Source: Candidatus Limnocylindria bacterium (GTDB lineage: Bacteria; Chloroflexota; Limnocylindria; P2-11E). Taken from it: a stretch of 64,000 nt of DNA. The stretch is taken from assembly GCA_036000705.1 (NCBI GenBank), contig DASYUY010000125.1:1048-65047 (forward strand). The letters run 5' to 3'. The translations under genes were made by a program, and so were the position numbers. The notes beneath the pieces are model-generated. The model did no database searches, had not been told where the DNA came from, and worked only from the letters and a program-made list of their open reading frames with translations. Positions within the stretch are counted from its first letter, which is position 1; the number at the start of each line of letters is the position of its first letter. Of this stretch, positions 26,758 through 35,157 are shown one piece after another.

Positions 26758-29512
26758 GCAGCAGGTAGCGGTCGAACCACTCGCCCGCGCGCCGGACCGA
26801 GTCGATCAGGTTCTCGCGGGTGCGGAAGCCGTGGCCCTCACCCTTGTACACGTAGTACTCGTGCATCTTGCCGGCCGAGCGCAGCGCGGCCACGACCTGC
26901 TCGGCCTCCGACAGCGGCACCCGCGGATCGTTCTCGCCCTGCAGCACGAGCAGTGGCGCTTCGATCTTGGAGACGTGGGTGAGCGGTGACCGGTCGCGAT
27001 AGCGCTCGGCATCACGCGTGGGGTCACCGAATTCTCTGACGAGGTATTCGCGCACGTCACCGCGCGTCGTGTCGTACATGGTCTTCCACGACACGACGCC
27101 CACGACGGAGACGCCCGCGGCGAAGCGGTCGGGGTACGTCGCGAGCGCCATGAGCGTCATGTATCCGCCGTAGCTGCCGCCATAGACGCCGACGCGCTTC
27201 GGGTCGGCGACGCGCTGTTTCGCCAGCCAGTCGATGCCCGTCACCACGTCCCCGAGGTCCTTGCCGCCCCAGTCCTGACGGTTCCCCTCCTGGAACTCCC
27301 GGCCATAGCCGGTCGAGCCGCGGATGTTCGGCGCCAGCACGACGTAGCCGTTGTTCGCGAAGTGCTGGCTCGCGCGGTCCCACCAGCGGTAGTGCTGGCT
27401 CGTCGGCCCGCCGTGCACGTGCACGATCGCCGGCGGCGGTCCGTCGCCGTGGACGGCCTCGGCGTACGGGACGTACAGGAGCGCCGGGATCTCGCGGCCC
27501 ATCGCGCCGGGGTAGCGCACGTGGATCGGCTCGACCAGCGTTGCGGGATCGATGCTCGCCGGGAGTGAGCGCGTGAGGCGGCGCGGCTCCGTCATGCGCT
27601 CGCGCGTCACGAACACGTCCCAGGGCTCGCGCGCGCCGCTGAACACGTAGGCGACGAGGTCGCCGTCGGGGCCGACCCGGACGAACTGGTGGACGCCGGG
27701 CCGATCCGCGACGGCGTGGTCGGCCTTCGAGACGACGAAGGCGCGCCGGATCGACACCTCCGCGTCCTCGTTGTGCAGGTACAGCACGGCGCGGCCGTCC
27801 GGCCGCCAAACCGGCGTGGTCTCGTCGAAGATGCTCTTCGTCAGTGGCTCGACCTTGGTCACGTCGTCGCCGTCGAGCGTCGCGACCGCGACCTCGTAAC
27901 GCCGTCGCGTGCTCGTGGTGAAGGCGATGCGCGATCCGTCCTTCGACCAGTCACCCTCCCGCGACTCGCCGTCCGCGTTGCGCGTCGCGAGCTTCGTCGG
28001 CGTTCCGCCGTCGGCTGGGATCACGAAGAGGTCGCTGTTCGTGCGTACGGTCTCGCGCCGAGACGAGAAGAGCAACCGTCTTCCGTCGGGCGACCAGCGC
28101 GGTAGCTCGTCATCGAATTCACCGTCGGTGAGCGCTCGCTTCTTTCCGGTCGCGACGTCGACCACGTGGACTGCGAACGCCTTCTCCACGCCGGGGGCGT
28201 TCGCGACGTACGCGATGCGCGACCCATCGGGCGACCATGCGATGTCGCGGTGCATGACGTCGGGCTCGTTCGTGAGGTTGCGCTCTCTCTCGCCGTCGCG
28301 GTCGACGAGCCAGATGTCGAAGCGCTCGTCGCCGCCACGATCGCGGAGGAACGCGAGCTGCTTCGCGTCCGGCGACCAACGCGGCCACACCGACCGCTCC
28401 TCCGCATCCGTGAGCTGGTAGATCCGCTCGCGCTCCACGGGCGCGCTGTAGATCTCGAACGTCCCGCTGCGATTCCAGGCGAACGCGACCTCGGAGCCGT
28501 CCGGCGAGAGATCGATCCCGCCCCACAGGTAGTCGACGTACGGTGAGCCGACGAGATCCGCGATCGGGAGGCGACGGAAGCGCTCGCCGATGGATCGCGG
28601 CTTGAACCCCGCGGCGGTCGGAACGATGTCGGTCTCCGGATTCGCGATCGTCGTGGGCGGGCGCTCCGTCGCCGTGGCGCGCCAGTCCTCGGCGAACGGC
28701 TTCGGTCGCGGACGCGGCTCGCGCGATTGGGCCGGCGGCGCGCCCGCACCGTCGCCGGATATCGCGCTCCGCGCGGTAACGGGACGTTTCGCCCTTTCCG
28801 TGGCCTCGCTGGTCGCGCTCGCGACGACCAGCGTCGCGGGGCCCATCGCCGCCTCGCGCGCGGCGGTGTCCTCCTTGGGGACGATGATGTCGTGGTGGTA
28901 CATCTTGTCCTCGAGGCGGCCCTTGTAGGCACGATCCCAGGGCGGCGGCACGAGGATGCCGAACTGCTTGCGCGGCTTCGGCAGCTCGCGCTGCAGCTGC
29001 AACAGCACGTCGCGGCCCGCGTTCCAGATCGGCGGGCGGTTCGATGACAACACCGATGAGAACGCGAGCGGGATGAGCTGCTTCGCGCCCTCGCTCGCGA
29101 GATCGAGGTCACCGCTGAACAGCACGCCGCCGGACTTCCGCACGAGGACAACGGTCGCGCCCGGGCCCCTGCCGGTCACGCGAAACACGCGCGTGTCGGG
29201 CCGCACGACGTCGTCGGGTTTCAGGACGAGATCCGCGCCGCCGGTCACGGCCGCGGCGTCGTCCTCATGCACCGCGATCTGGACGCCGAGCGTTTCGCGA
29301 TAGCGGTGCGCCTCCGCCGCGCGCGCGGCGTTGGTCGCGAGCAGGAGCGAGGCTCGTCCGGCGCCCTGGATCAGGCGCAGCGCGCGCTCGCTGTACGGCG
29401 GGATGTCGATCAGGAGGTTGCCGCGCGCAGCGTCGAAAACGATGTACTGGCGCTCGTCATCGAGCGGTGTGTAGAGCTCGAAGATCCACGAACGAAGCTG
29501 CTGAATATCCAT
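26750..29512 (-). CDS. S9-family serine peptidase (propeller plus prolyl-oligopeptidase-type catalytic domain) with an N-terminal degenerate MBL-like domain
   Basis: C-terminal 'GGSYGGYM' (Ser), 'LQGENDPRVP' (Asp) and 'GEGHGF' (His). Central PD40 repeats ('LSPDGSEVAF', 'WSPDAKQLAF', 'WSPDGSRIAY', 'WSPDGRRLLF'). The N-terminal roughly 150 aa looks MBL-like but lacks HxHxDH. Confidence 0.85.
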   Translation of the reverse strand: MDIQQLRSWIFELYTPLDDERQYIVFDAARGNLLIDIPPYSERALRLIQGAGRASLLLATNAARAAEAHRYRETLGVQIAVHEDDAAAVTGGADLVLKPDDVVRPDTRVFRVTGRGPGATVVLVRKSGGVLFSGDLDLASEGAKQLIPLAFSSVLSSNRPPIWNAGRDVLLQLQRELPKPRKQFGILVPPPWDRAYKGRLEDKMYHHDIIVPKEDTAAREAAMGPATLVVASATSEATERAKRPVTARSAISGDGAGAPPAQSREPRPRPKPFAEDWRATATERPPTTIANPETDIVPTAAGFKPRSIGERFRRLPIADLVGSPYVDYLWGGIDLSPDGSEVAFAWNRSGTFEIYSAPVERERIYQLTDAEERSVWPRWSPDAKQLAFLRDRGGDERFDIWLVDRDGERERNLTNEPDVMHRDIAWSPDGSRIAYVANAPGVEKAFAVHVVDVATGKKRALTDGEFDDELPRWSPDGRRLLFSSRRETVRTNSDLFVIPADGGTPTKLATRNADGESREGDWSKDGSRIAFTTSTRRRYEVAVATLDGDDVTKVEPLTKSIFDETTPVWRPDGRAVLYLHNEDAEVSIRRAFVVSKADHAVADRPGVHQFVRVGPDGDLVAYVFSGAREPWDVFVTRERMTEPRRLTRSLPASIDPATLVEPIHVRYPGAMGREIPALLYVPYAEAVHGDGPPPAIVHVHGGPTSQHYRWWDRASQHFANNGYVVLAPNIRGSTGYGREFQEGNRQDWGGKDLGDVVTGIDWLAKQRVADPKRVGVYGGSYGGYMTLMALATYPDRFAAGVSVVGVVSWKTMYDTTRGDVREYLVREFGDPTRDAERYRDRSPLTHVSKIEAPLLVLQGENDPRVPLSEAEQVVAALRSAGKMHEYYVYKGEGHGFRTRENLIDSVRRAGEWFDRYLLRA

Positions 29513-29523
29513 GACGGGCGCGG

Positions 29524-30381
29524 CTATCGTACAAGTTCGGGCAGCACGAGCATCCCGTCAACGCGCACGAGACCGCGCTTCGATTCGACTCGCGCGATCG
29601 CGCGATCGGTCTGCTCATCGTCCCAGTCGAAGAGGCGCTTCACCTGTTTCGTCGTGACGCCGCCCGCGAGCTCGACCAGCCGGCGCAGCAGCGCGGTCAT
29701 CGCGTCGTTCGACGAGATGCGCTCCGCGCTCTTCACCGTTTCGGGATAGCGGCGCACGAACAGGTCGTAGGTGTAGTTGTAGTCCTCGCGTCCCTCGCCG
29801 ACCGCCTTCACGCGCGCGATGTACATCAGGCGCTGTAGCTGCTCGACGGCCTTCGCGTAGTCCGACTTGCCCTCCTGCGAGGTGATGCCGAGGTCCGCGC
29901 GCATGCGCTTGGTCTGCGTCTCACCGCGCTGCGCGAGGTAGTCGATGACGCGGCGCGCGATCTCTGACAGCCGGCCGGCGCGCACGTCGTCCAGATGGTC
30001 ATCTGCCTCGCCCGCCCGTCCGAACGTGGCGTAGAAGGTGGGCAGCATCTTCATCGACACGAAAGTCGGCTTGCGGATCAGCAGCTTCCCGTAATAGAGA
30101 CGCTTCTCCTCGGGCAGCTCATCCTTCCAACCCCACATCCAGCCCCACTTGCGGTCCTCACTGTTCGTCGAGAGGTGGTCGAAGCACGCCGGGATGGGCG
30201 CCTCGCCGCTCCGGAGGGTGAAAGCGAAGCAGAACCCGAAGGCGTCCACCATCCCGACGAGCTGGTCGGCGTTGCGGACGCGGTGGTCCCCCTTGACGCG
30301 CTCGCGGTGGGCCTCCAGCGCGTCCTCGAGCCGGGTTTCCTTGGTCCGCGGGGCCTGGCGGAACGCACGCGTCGCTGCCAT
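29524..30381 (-). CDS. Conserved hypothetical protein, possibly AlkZ-related winged-helix protein
   Basis: 285 aa with coding-like composition. 'WGWMWGWKDELPEEKRLYYGKLLIRKPTFVSMKMLPTFYA' resembles my recollection of AlkZ-related proteins. Function is low confidence. Confidence 0.5.
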   Translation of the reverse strand: MAATRAFRQAPRTKETRLEDALEAHRERVKGDHRVRNADQLVGMVDAFGFCFAFTLRSGEAPIPACFDHLSTNSEDRKWGWMWGWKDELPEEKRLYYGKLLIRKPTFVSMKMLPTFYATFGRAGEADDHLDDVRAGRLSEIARRVIDYLAQRGETQTKRMRADLGITSQEGKSDYAKAVEQLQRLMYIARVKAVGEGREDYNYTYDLFVRRYPETVKSAERISSNDAMTALLRRLVELAGGVTTKQVKRLFDWDDEQTDRAIARVESKRGLVRVDGMLVLPELVR

Positions 30382-30383
30382 CT

Positions 30384-31433
30384 GTGAACTACTCTGCCCG
30401 AGTGGCGCTGAGGGTGGGGATCGTCGGTCTCGGATTCGGCGCGCGCCAGATACCGGGCTTCCGTGCGGCAGGCTGGGAGGTCACCGCGGTCTGCGCGTCG
30501 CACCCCGAGCGCGCGAACGCCGTCGCGAAGGAGCACGGCATCGCCGCCGCGGTCGCCGATGTTGCCGCGCTCTGCGCCCGCGACGACGTCGACGTGGTCT
30601 CGGTCGCCTCCCCGCCGCACGTCCACCGCGATCACGTCATGACCGCGCTCGCGGCCGGCAAGCACGTCCTCTGCGAGAAGCCGTTCGCGAACGACGCGCG
30701 CGAGGCGAGCGAGATGCTCGCCGCGGCCGAGCGCGCCGGTGTCGTGCACGCGATCGATCACGAGTTCCGCTACACCCCGGGCCGCTCGAAGGTGAAAGAG
30801 CTCGTCGGGGGCGGTGCCATCGGCACGCCGCGCCTCGCCCTCGTCATGGAGATGACCGGTGCGCTCGTCGACCCGGCGCGCCCACGGCAGGAGTGGTGGC
30901 TGCGCCGTGACCGTCGGGGCGGGCTTCTCGGCGCGCTCGGCTCGCACTGGATCGATTCGCTCGTGTGGTGGCTGGGCGATGTCGCGCGCGTCTCCGCGGA
31001 GCTCGCGATCTCCTCGCCGACACGGCCGACGACCGACGGCGCCACGGTGCAGGTCACCGCGGACGACACGGCGCAGCTGCTGCTCCGGATGCGCAGCGGC
31101 ACCATCGCGACGATCCAGCTCTCGAGCGCGGTCCATCACCCGTCGCGCCGCGTGATCCTGTACGGCAGCGGCGGGACGCTCGTGCTCGGTGGCGATGGAC
31201 GCGTGATGCTCGCGCGCGGCTCGGGCGCGCTCGAGGAGATCCTTCCCGCGACGGCGGGCGACGGCGCGTTCGCCGAGCTCGCGCGTCGCGTACGCGCGCA
31301 CATCGAGAGCGGGCCCACCGGGAACGCCGACGCGCCGCACCCGACGTTCGCCGACGGTCTCCGCGTGCAGGAGGTCATGGACGCGGCGTACCGCTCGGCC
31401 GAGGTCGGCGGCGCGGTCGCGGTCGCTAGCTGA
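30384..31433 (+). CDS. Gfo/Idh/MocA-family oxidoreductase (third paralogue)
   Basis: 'LRVGIVGLGFGA' and 'AGKHVLCEKP'. The start may be GTG 30384, 30402 or 30414. Confidence 0.85.
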   Translation: MNYSARVALRVGIVGLGFGARQIPGFRAAGWEVTAVCASHPERANAVAKEHGIAAAVADVAALCARDDVDVVSVASPPHVHRDHVMTALAAGKHVLCEKPFANDAREASEMLAAAERAGVVHAIDHEFRYTPGRSKVKELVGGGAIGTPRLALVMEMTGALVDPARPRQEWWLRRDRRGGLLGALGSHWIDSLVWWLGDVARVSAELAISSPTRPTTDGATVQVTADDTAQLLLRMRSGTIATIQLSSAVHHPSRRVILYGSGGTLVLGGDGRVMLARGSGALEEILPATAGDGAFAELARRVRAHIESGPTGNADAPHPTFADGLRVQEVMDAAYRSAEVGGAVAVAS

Positions 31434-31911
31434 GGAACATCGCGACGACGCCGGCCACGATCGCGACGGTCATCGCGCGACGCGAGCTCCGATGCAGCGA
31501 CTGGAATTCACGGCGCATCGGCGCACCATCACCGAGATCGTCCCAGCCCGGCGTCTGCGCGCGGATCGAACGCGCCACCGGGCTTGCCCACGCGCTCGAA
31601 TAGAGCGTCGCGCCGCACAGGACGAGGAGCGCGATCCAGCGCACGACGAGGCGCGTCTCCGGCACGCCGGTCACCTCGAAGGCGGTCGCTTTGAGGACGC
31701 TCGTCACGACGATGAGGACGACGCACAGGATCGCCAGTCCGTCGTAGCGCCCGAGGACCGCACCGAAGATCGCGCCGGCTTCGCCGCGCGAGCGCACCGA
31801 CGCGAAGATCGCCGGCGCCGCCGCCGCCCCGAGCGCCAGCGCGCCTCCGACCAGGATCGCGAGCGCGAGGTGGTAGAGGAACTGGAGCGTGTCGAAATAG
31901 ACGGTCTCCAT
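31426..31911 (-). CDS. DUF4149/TMEM205-like membrane protein
   Basis: ATG at 31911 ('METVYFDTLQFLYHLALAILVGG'). Four TM helices with a pattern typical of DUF4149. The longer ORF up to 31989 overlaps the divergent gene and is rejected. Confidence 0.6.
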   Translation of the reverse strand: METVYFDTLQFLYHLALAILVGGALALGAAAAPAIFASVRSRGEAGAIFGAVLGRYDGLAILCVVLIVVTSVLKATAFEVTGVPETRLVVRWIALLVLCGATLYSSAWASPVARSIRAQTPGWDDLGDGAPMRREFQSLHRSSRRAMTVAIVAGVVAMFLS

Positions 31912-31981
31912 GCGTGCATCATGAACAGGAGGAATTTCCGACCCGCACGGTCGGTTTAGAATCGCGACAAAGGGAGACGGA

Positions 31982-33190
31982 ATGCCCACGTATCGCGACT
32001 ACTTCGCCGAGATCAAAAAGCGCGTCAAGGAAGCGACGCCGCAGCAGGTCGCCGAGCTCCTGCGCGCCGGCGACATCCAGCTCGCGGACGTCCGCGAGAG
32101 GAGCGAGTGGGAGGAGGGTCATCTCCCCGGCGCGGTCCACCTCCCGAAGAGCTACCTCGAGCAGTGGGCGGAGGACCGTATCCCCGACAAGGACAAGACC
32201 ACCATCCTCTACTGCGCCGGAGGCGTGCGGTCGGCGATGGCCGCCGACACCCTCGCGCAGCTCGGCTACGGTCACGTCATCTCGATGTCTGGCGGGTTCA
32301 ACCGCTGGAAGGACTCCGGACTCCCCTGGAAGAAGCCTGACGCCGGGCTCACGCCGGAGCAGGCACAGCGTTACAGCCGCCACCTGCTCATCCCCGAGGT
32401 CGGCGAGGCCGGCCAGCAGCGGCTTCTCCGCAGCAAGGTGCTCCTCATCGGCGCGGGTGGCCTCGGCTCGCCCGCGGCGCTGTATCTGGCCGCAGCGGGG
32501 GTCGGCACGCTCGGCATCGTCGACTCCGACGTCGTCGACGCGACCAACCTCCAGCGCCAGATCCTTCACTCCACCGAGCGCATCGGCGAGCCGAAGACGG
32601 AGTCCGCGCGCCAGACCCTCGAGGCGCTCAACCCCGACGTGAAGATCGTCGGCTACCAGGAGCGTCTGACCAGCGCCAACATCGATCGGATCCTCACCGA
32701 GTACGACGTCGTCGTCGACGGTGCCGACAACTTCCCGACCCGCTACCTCTTGAACGACGCGTCGGTGAAGCACGACAAGCCGGTCGTGCACGGGAGCATC
32801 TACCGCTTCGAGGGCCAGGTCACCGTCTTCAAGCCACATGAAGGTCCGTGCTACCGCTGCCTCTTCCCGACCCCGCCGCCGCCAGAGCTCGCGCCGTCCT
32901 GCGCGGAGGCTGGCGTCCTCGGCGTGCTGCCCGGCGTCATCGGCACGATCCAGGCGAACGAGGTCATCAAGCTCCTGCTCGGGATCGGTGAGCCGCTGAT
33001 CGGACGCTATCTACTGTTCGATGCCCTCGAGGGTTCATTCCGCGAGGTACGGCTGCGCCGCGACCCGAAGTGCCCGGTCTGTGGCGACAGCCCGACGATC
33101 ACCGAGTACATCGACTACGAGGGTTTCTGCGCCTCACCCTCCGAGTGGCAGGCACAGCACGCAGTGAGAGTGAGCACCCCGGCCGAGTAG
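31982..33190 (+). CDS. Rhodanese-domain / ThiF-MoeB-family adenylyltransferase fusion (MoeZ-like, rhodanese N-terminal)
   Basis: Rhodanese loop 'YCAGGVRSA' at about aa 77-85. 'LLIGAGGLGSP' ATP-binding motif, 'CYRCLFP' and 'CPVCG' zinc Cys pairs, and 'PSCAEAGVLG'. Confidence 0.85.
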   Translation: MPTYRDYFAEIKKRVKEATPQQVAELLRAGDIQLADVRERSEWEEGHLPGAVHLPKSYLEQWAEDRIPDKDKTTILYCAGGVRSAMAADTLAQLGYGHVISMSGGFNRWKDSGLPWKKPDAGLTPEQAQRYSRHLLIPEVGEAGQQRLLRSKVLLIGAGGLGSPAALYLAAAGVGTLGIVDSDVVDATNLQRQILHSTERIGEPKTESARQTLEALNPDVKIVGYQERLTSANIDRILTEYDVVVDGADNFPTRYLLNDASVKHDKPVVHGSIYRFEGQVTVFKPHEGPCYRCLFPTPPPPELAPSCAEAGVLGVLPGVIGTIQANEVIKLLLGIGEPLIGRYLLFDALEGSFREVRLRRDPKCPVCGDSPTITEYIDYEGFCASPSEWQAQHAVRVSTPAE

Positions 33191-33199
33191 CGCCCCGAT

Positions 33200-34318
33200 A
33201 TGCTTGGACCGGTGCGTGGTCTGAGACTTCTGGCCGTCCTCGCGTTGTCCGTCGTCGCCTGCGCCGGTCCCCCGCCCGCGGCGACCTCGCCGACACCGAC
33301 CGCGTCCGTTGACATCCGGCGCACCAAGCTCGATATCGCCTACTCCTCCATGGCTCAGACCGACGTACACAAGGCGTCGAGCAAGAGCATCCTCGAGGGC
33401 GCGATCGCGGCCATCAACGCGGAGATCAGGAAGACCGGCGGCAAAGGCGAGATCGCCGCGATCGCCTTCCAGGACGCGACGGAGCCGGTGAACGCCGACT
33501 TCAAGAAGTTCGCGGAGGCCGCCGCGCAGGTGAAGGCGTTGAACGCCCAGATCACCGCGGAGCGGTTCGCCGATGTGGCCGTCGAGGGGATGATGAGCGT
33601 CTCACCCGACTGCCACACCTACTACGTCGACAAGAGCGGCACCGTCCACCGCTCCCGTCCCGCTCCAGCGAACGGGACCGTCGCGGCCGTGCCAACGACG
33701 GGGACCTCGCTCGGCGGGCCTGACGAATCAGGTCTCACCGGGCGTCTCCTGCCAGATGGCATGGCGTACATGACCTGGCACGAGTTCCGCGTCACGGCCA
33801 ACTACAAGTTCTTCGACGAGGTCCGGAAGATGATGGACAAGGCGCTTGCCGGCGGCGCTCGGGCCTGGATCTTCGACATGCGCGGCAACGTGGGCGGGTT
33901 CGATGCGGACACGATCTCCAGCTACTTCTTGAACGGCGAGCCGATGCTCAAGGCGATCTACCGGGATGGGAGCCCCGCCACCATCTATGCCCGAAAGGAG
34001 TGGCGGCTACCGGACCAGTACCAGAAGCCGATCGCCATCATCCTCAATGACCGCGGTGGGTCCGGGCCGGAGTTCTTCGCGGCGAACCTCCGCGAGAGCA
34101 AGCGCGCCACGATCGTCGGGTCGAAGAGCACTGGCTGCGTGGGCTCGACGTCGATCACGAACTTCAGTGACGGCGGCCTCATGGCGGTCGTCAGCACCGA
34201 GCACGAGGGCGCTCAGACGGGCACGAAGTACAACAACAACGGCGTTCCGCCGGACGTCCAGGCAGACGACGCGACGGCGATCACCAAAGCGATCGAGATC
34301 CTCAAGCAGAAGATCTGA
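33200..34318 (+). CDS. S41-family peptidase-like lipoprotein (no obvious PDZ)
   Basis: Lipobox 'LSVVAC'. 'FDMRGNVGGF' and 'IAIILNDRGGSGPEFFAANL...IVGSKSTGCVG' align with the S41 core. Confidence 0.7.
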   Translation: MLGPVRGLRLLAVLALSVVACAGPPPAATSPTPTASVDIRRTKLDIAYSSMAQTDVHKASSKSILEGAIAAINAEIRKTGGKGEIAAIAFQDATEPVNADFKKFAEAAAQVKALNAQITAERFADVAVEGMMSVSPDCHTYYVDKSGTVHRSRPAPANGTVAAVPTTGTSLGGPDESGLTGRLLPDGMAYMTWHEFRVTANYKFFDEVRKMMDKALAGGARAWIFDMRGNVGGFDADTISSYFLNGEPMLKAIYRDGSPATIYARKEWRLPDQYQKPIAIILNDRGGSGPEFFAANLRESKRATIVGSKSTGCVGSTSITNFSDGGLMAVVSTEHEGAQTGTKYNNNGVPPDVQADDATAITKAIEILKQKI

Positions 34319-34575
34319 CCTCGTTCCGACTCAGACGAGGGCACGCTCGTTGACCGCGTGAGTGACCCAGAGGTACCAGTACCGAGGTCCGGTTCGTACG
34401 GCTCGCGCCCGAATCGGGTTTCGCTGTGACGGTTTTGGTACTAGAAAAGGGTTGGCGGACTGCCCTCCGGTCGATATGGTCTGCCCACAGATCACAGAGG
34501 ACGGGATTGGGGGGCCATCACGTCGTGACAGTTGCCACAGCAGCAAGGGTCGACTCGCTTCCTCCCTTCGAGCAG

Positions 34576-35115
34576 ATGGGTCCGGTGCCGGACGTCATCG
34601 AGCGGGCTCGCAGCGGTGACCGGTCCGCATTCGCGGATCTCTACGACACGCACGTCGATGCGGTGTACCGCTACATCCTGTACCGCGTGCGCGAGCCCAG
34701 CGACGCCGAAGATCTCACGAGCGACGTGTTCACACGCGCGTTCGCGAACATCCACCGCTATCGCTGGCAGGGCAAGTCGTTCCTCGCGTGGCTCTACACG
34801 ATCGCTCGCAACGCGGTGACGGATCGCCGTCGCCGTCAGCGTCCGACCGTCGACCTCGACAACGCGTTCGGCATCGCCGAGGACGGCCCGACCGCGCACG
34901 AGCACGCTGTCCGTGGTGAGGAAGTCGACGCGCTTCGCGGCGCGGTGAAGCATCTGACGACCGAACAGCAGGAAGTGCTCGTGCTCCGCTTCGTCGAGAA
35001 CATGTCGAGCCGGCAAGTCGCGAACATGCTTGGCAAGAACGAGGGCGCGATCCGAGCGCTGCAGTTCCGCGCGCTTGGCCGTCTCCGCAAGCTCATGACG
35101 ACCGAGGTCGCCTGA
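34576..35115 (+). CDS. ECF-type sigma-70 family RNA polymerase sigma factor
   Basis: 'RSGDRSAFADLYDTHVDAVYRYILYRV....AEDLTSDVF' (region 2) and 'QQEVLVLRFVENMSSRQVANMLGKNEGAIRALQFRALGRLR' (region 4). The stretch upstream of 34576 has non-coding codon usage. Confidence 0.85.
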   Translation: MGPVPDVIERARSGDRSAFADLYDTHVDAVYRYILYRVREPSDAEDLTSDVFTRAFANIHRYRWQGKSFLAWLYTIARNAVTDRRRRQRPTVDLDNAFGIAEDGPTAHEHAVRGEEVDALRGAVKHLTTEQQEVLVLRFVENMSSRQVANMLGKNEGAIRALQFRALGRLRKLMTTEVA

Positions 35116-35157
35116 GCGCCTGAAACTCGGCGCCGTCGGCGGTCATAGACTCAATAC

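Noticed and set aside
34426-34575. A 50-codon N-terminal extension of the ECF sigma factor.
   Set aside because: Codon usage is non-coding-like (many A/T-ending codons) and no sigma region 1-like sequence is present. The ATG at 34576 gives a typical 179-aa ECF sigma.
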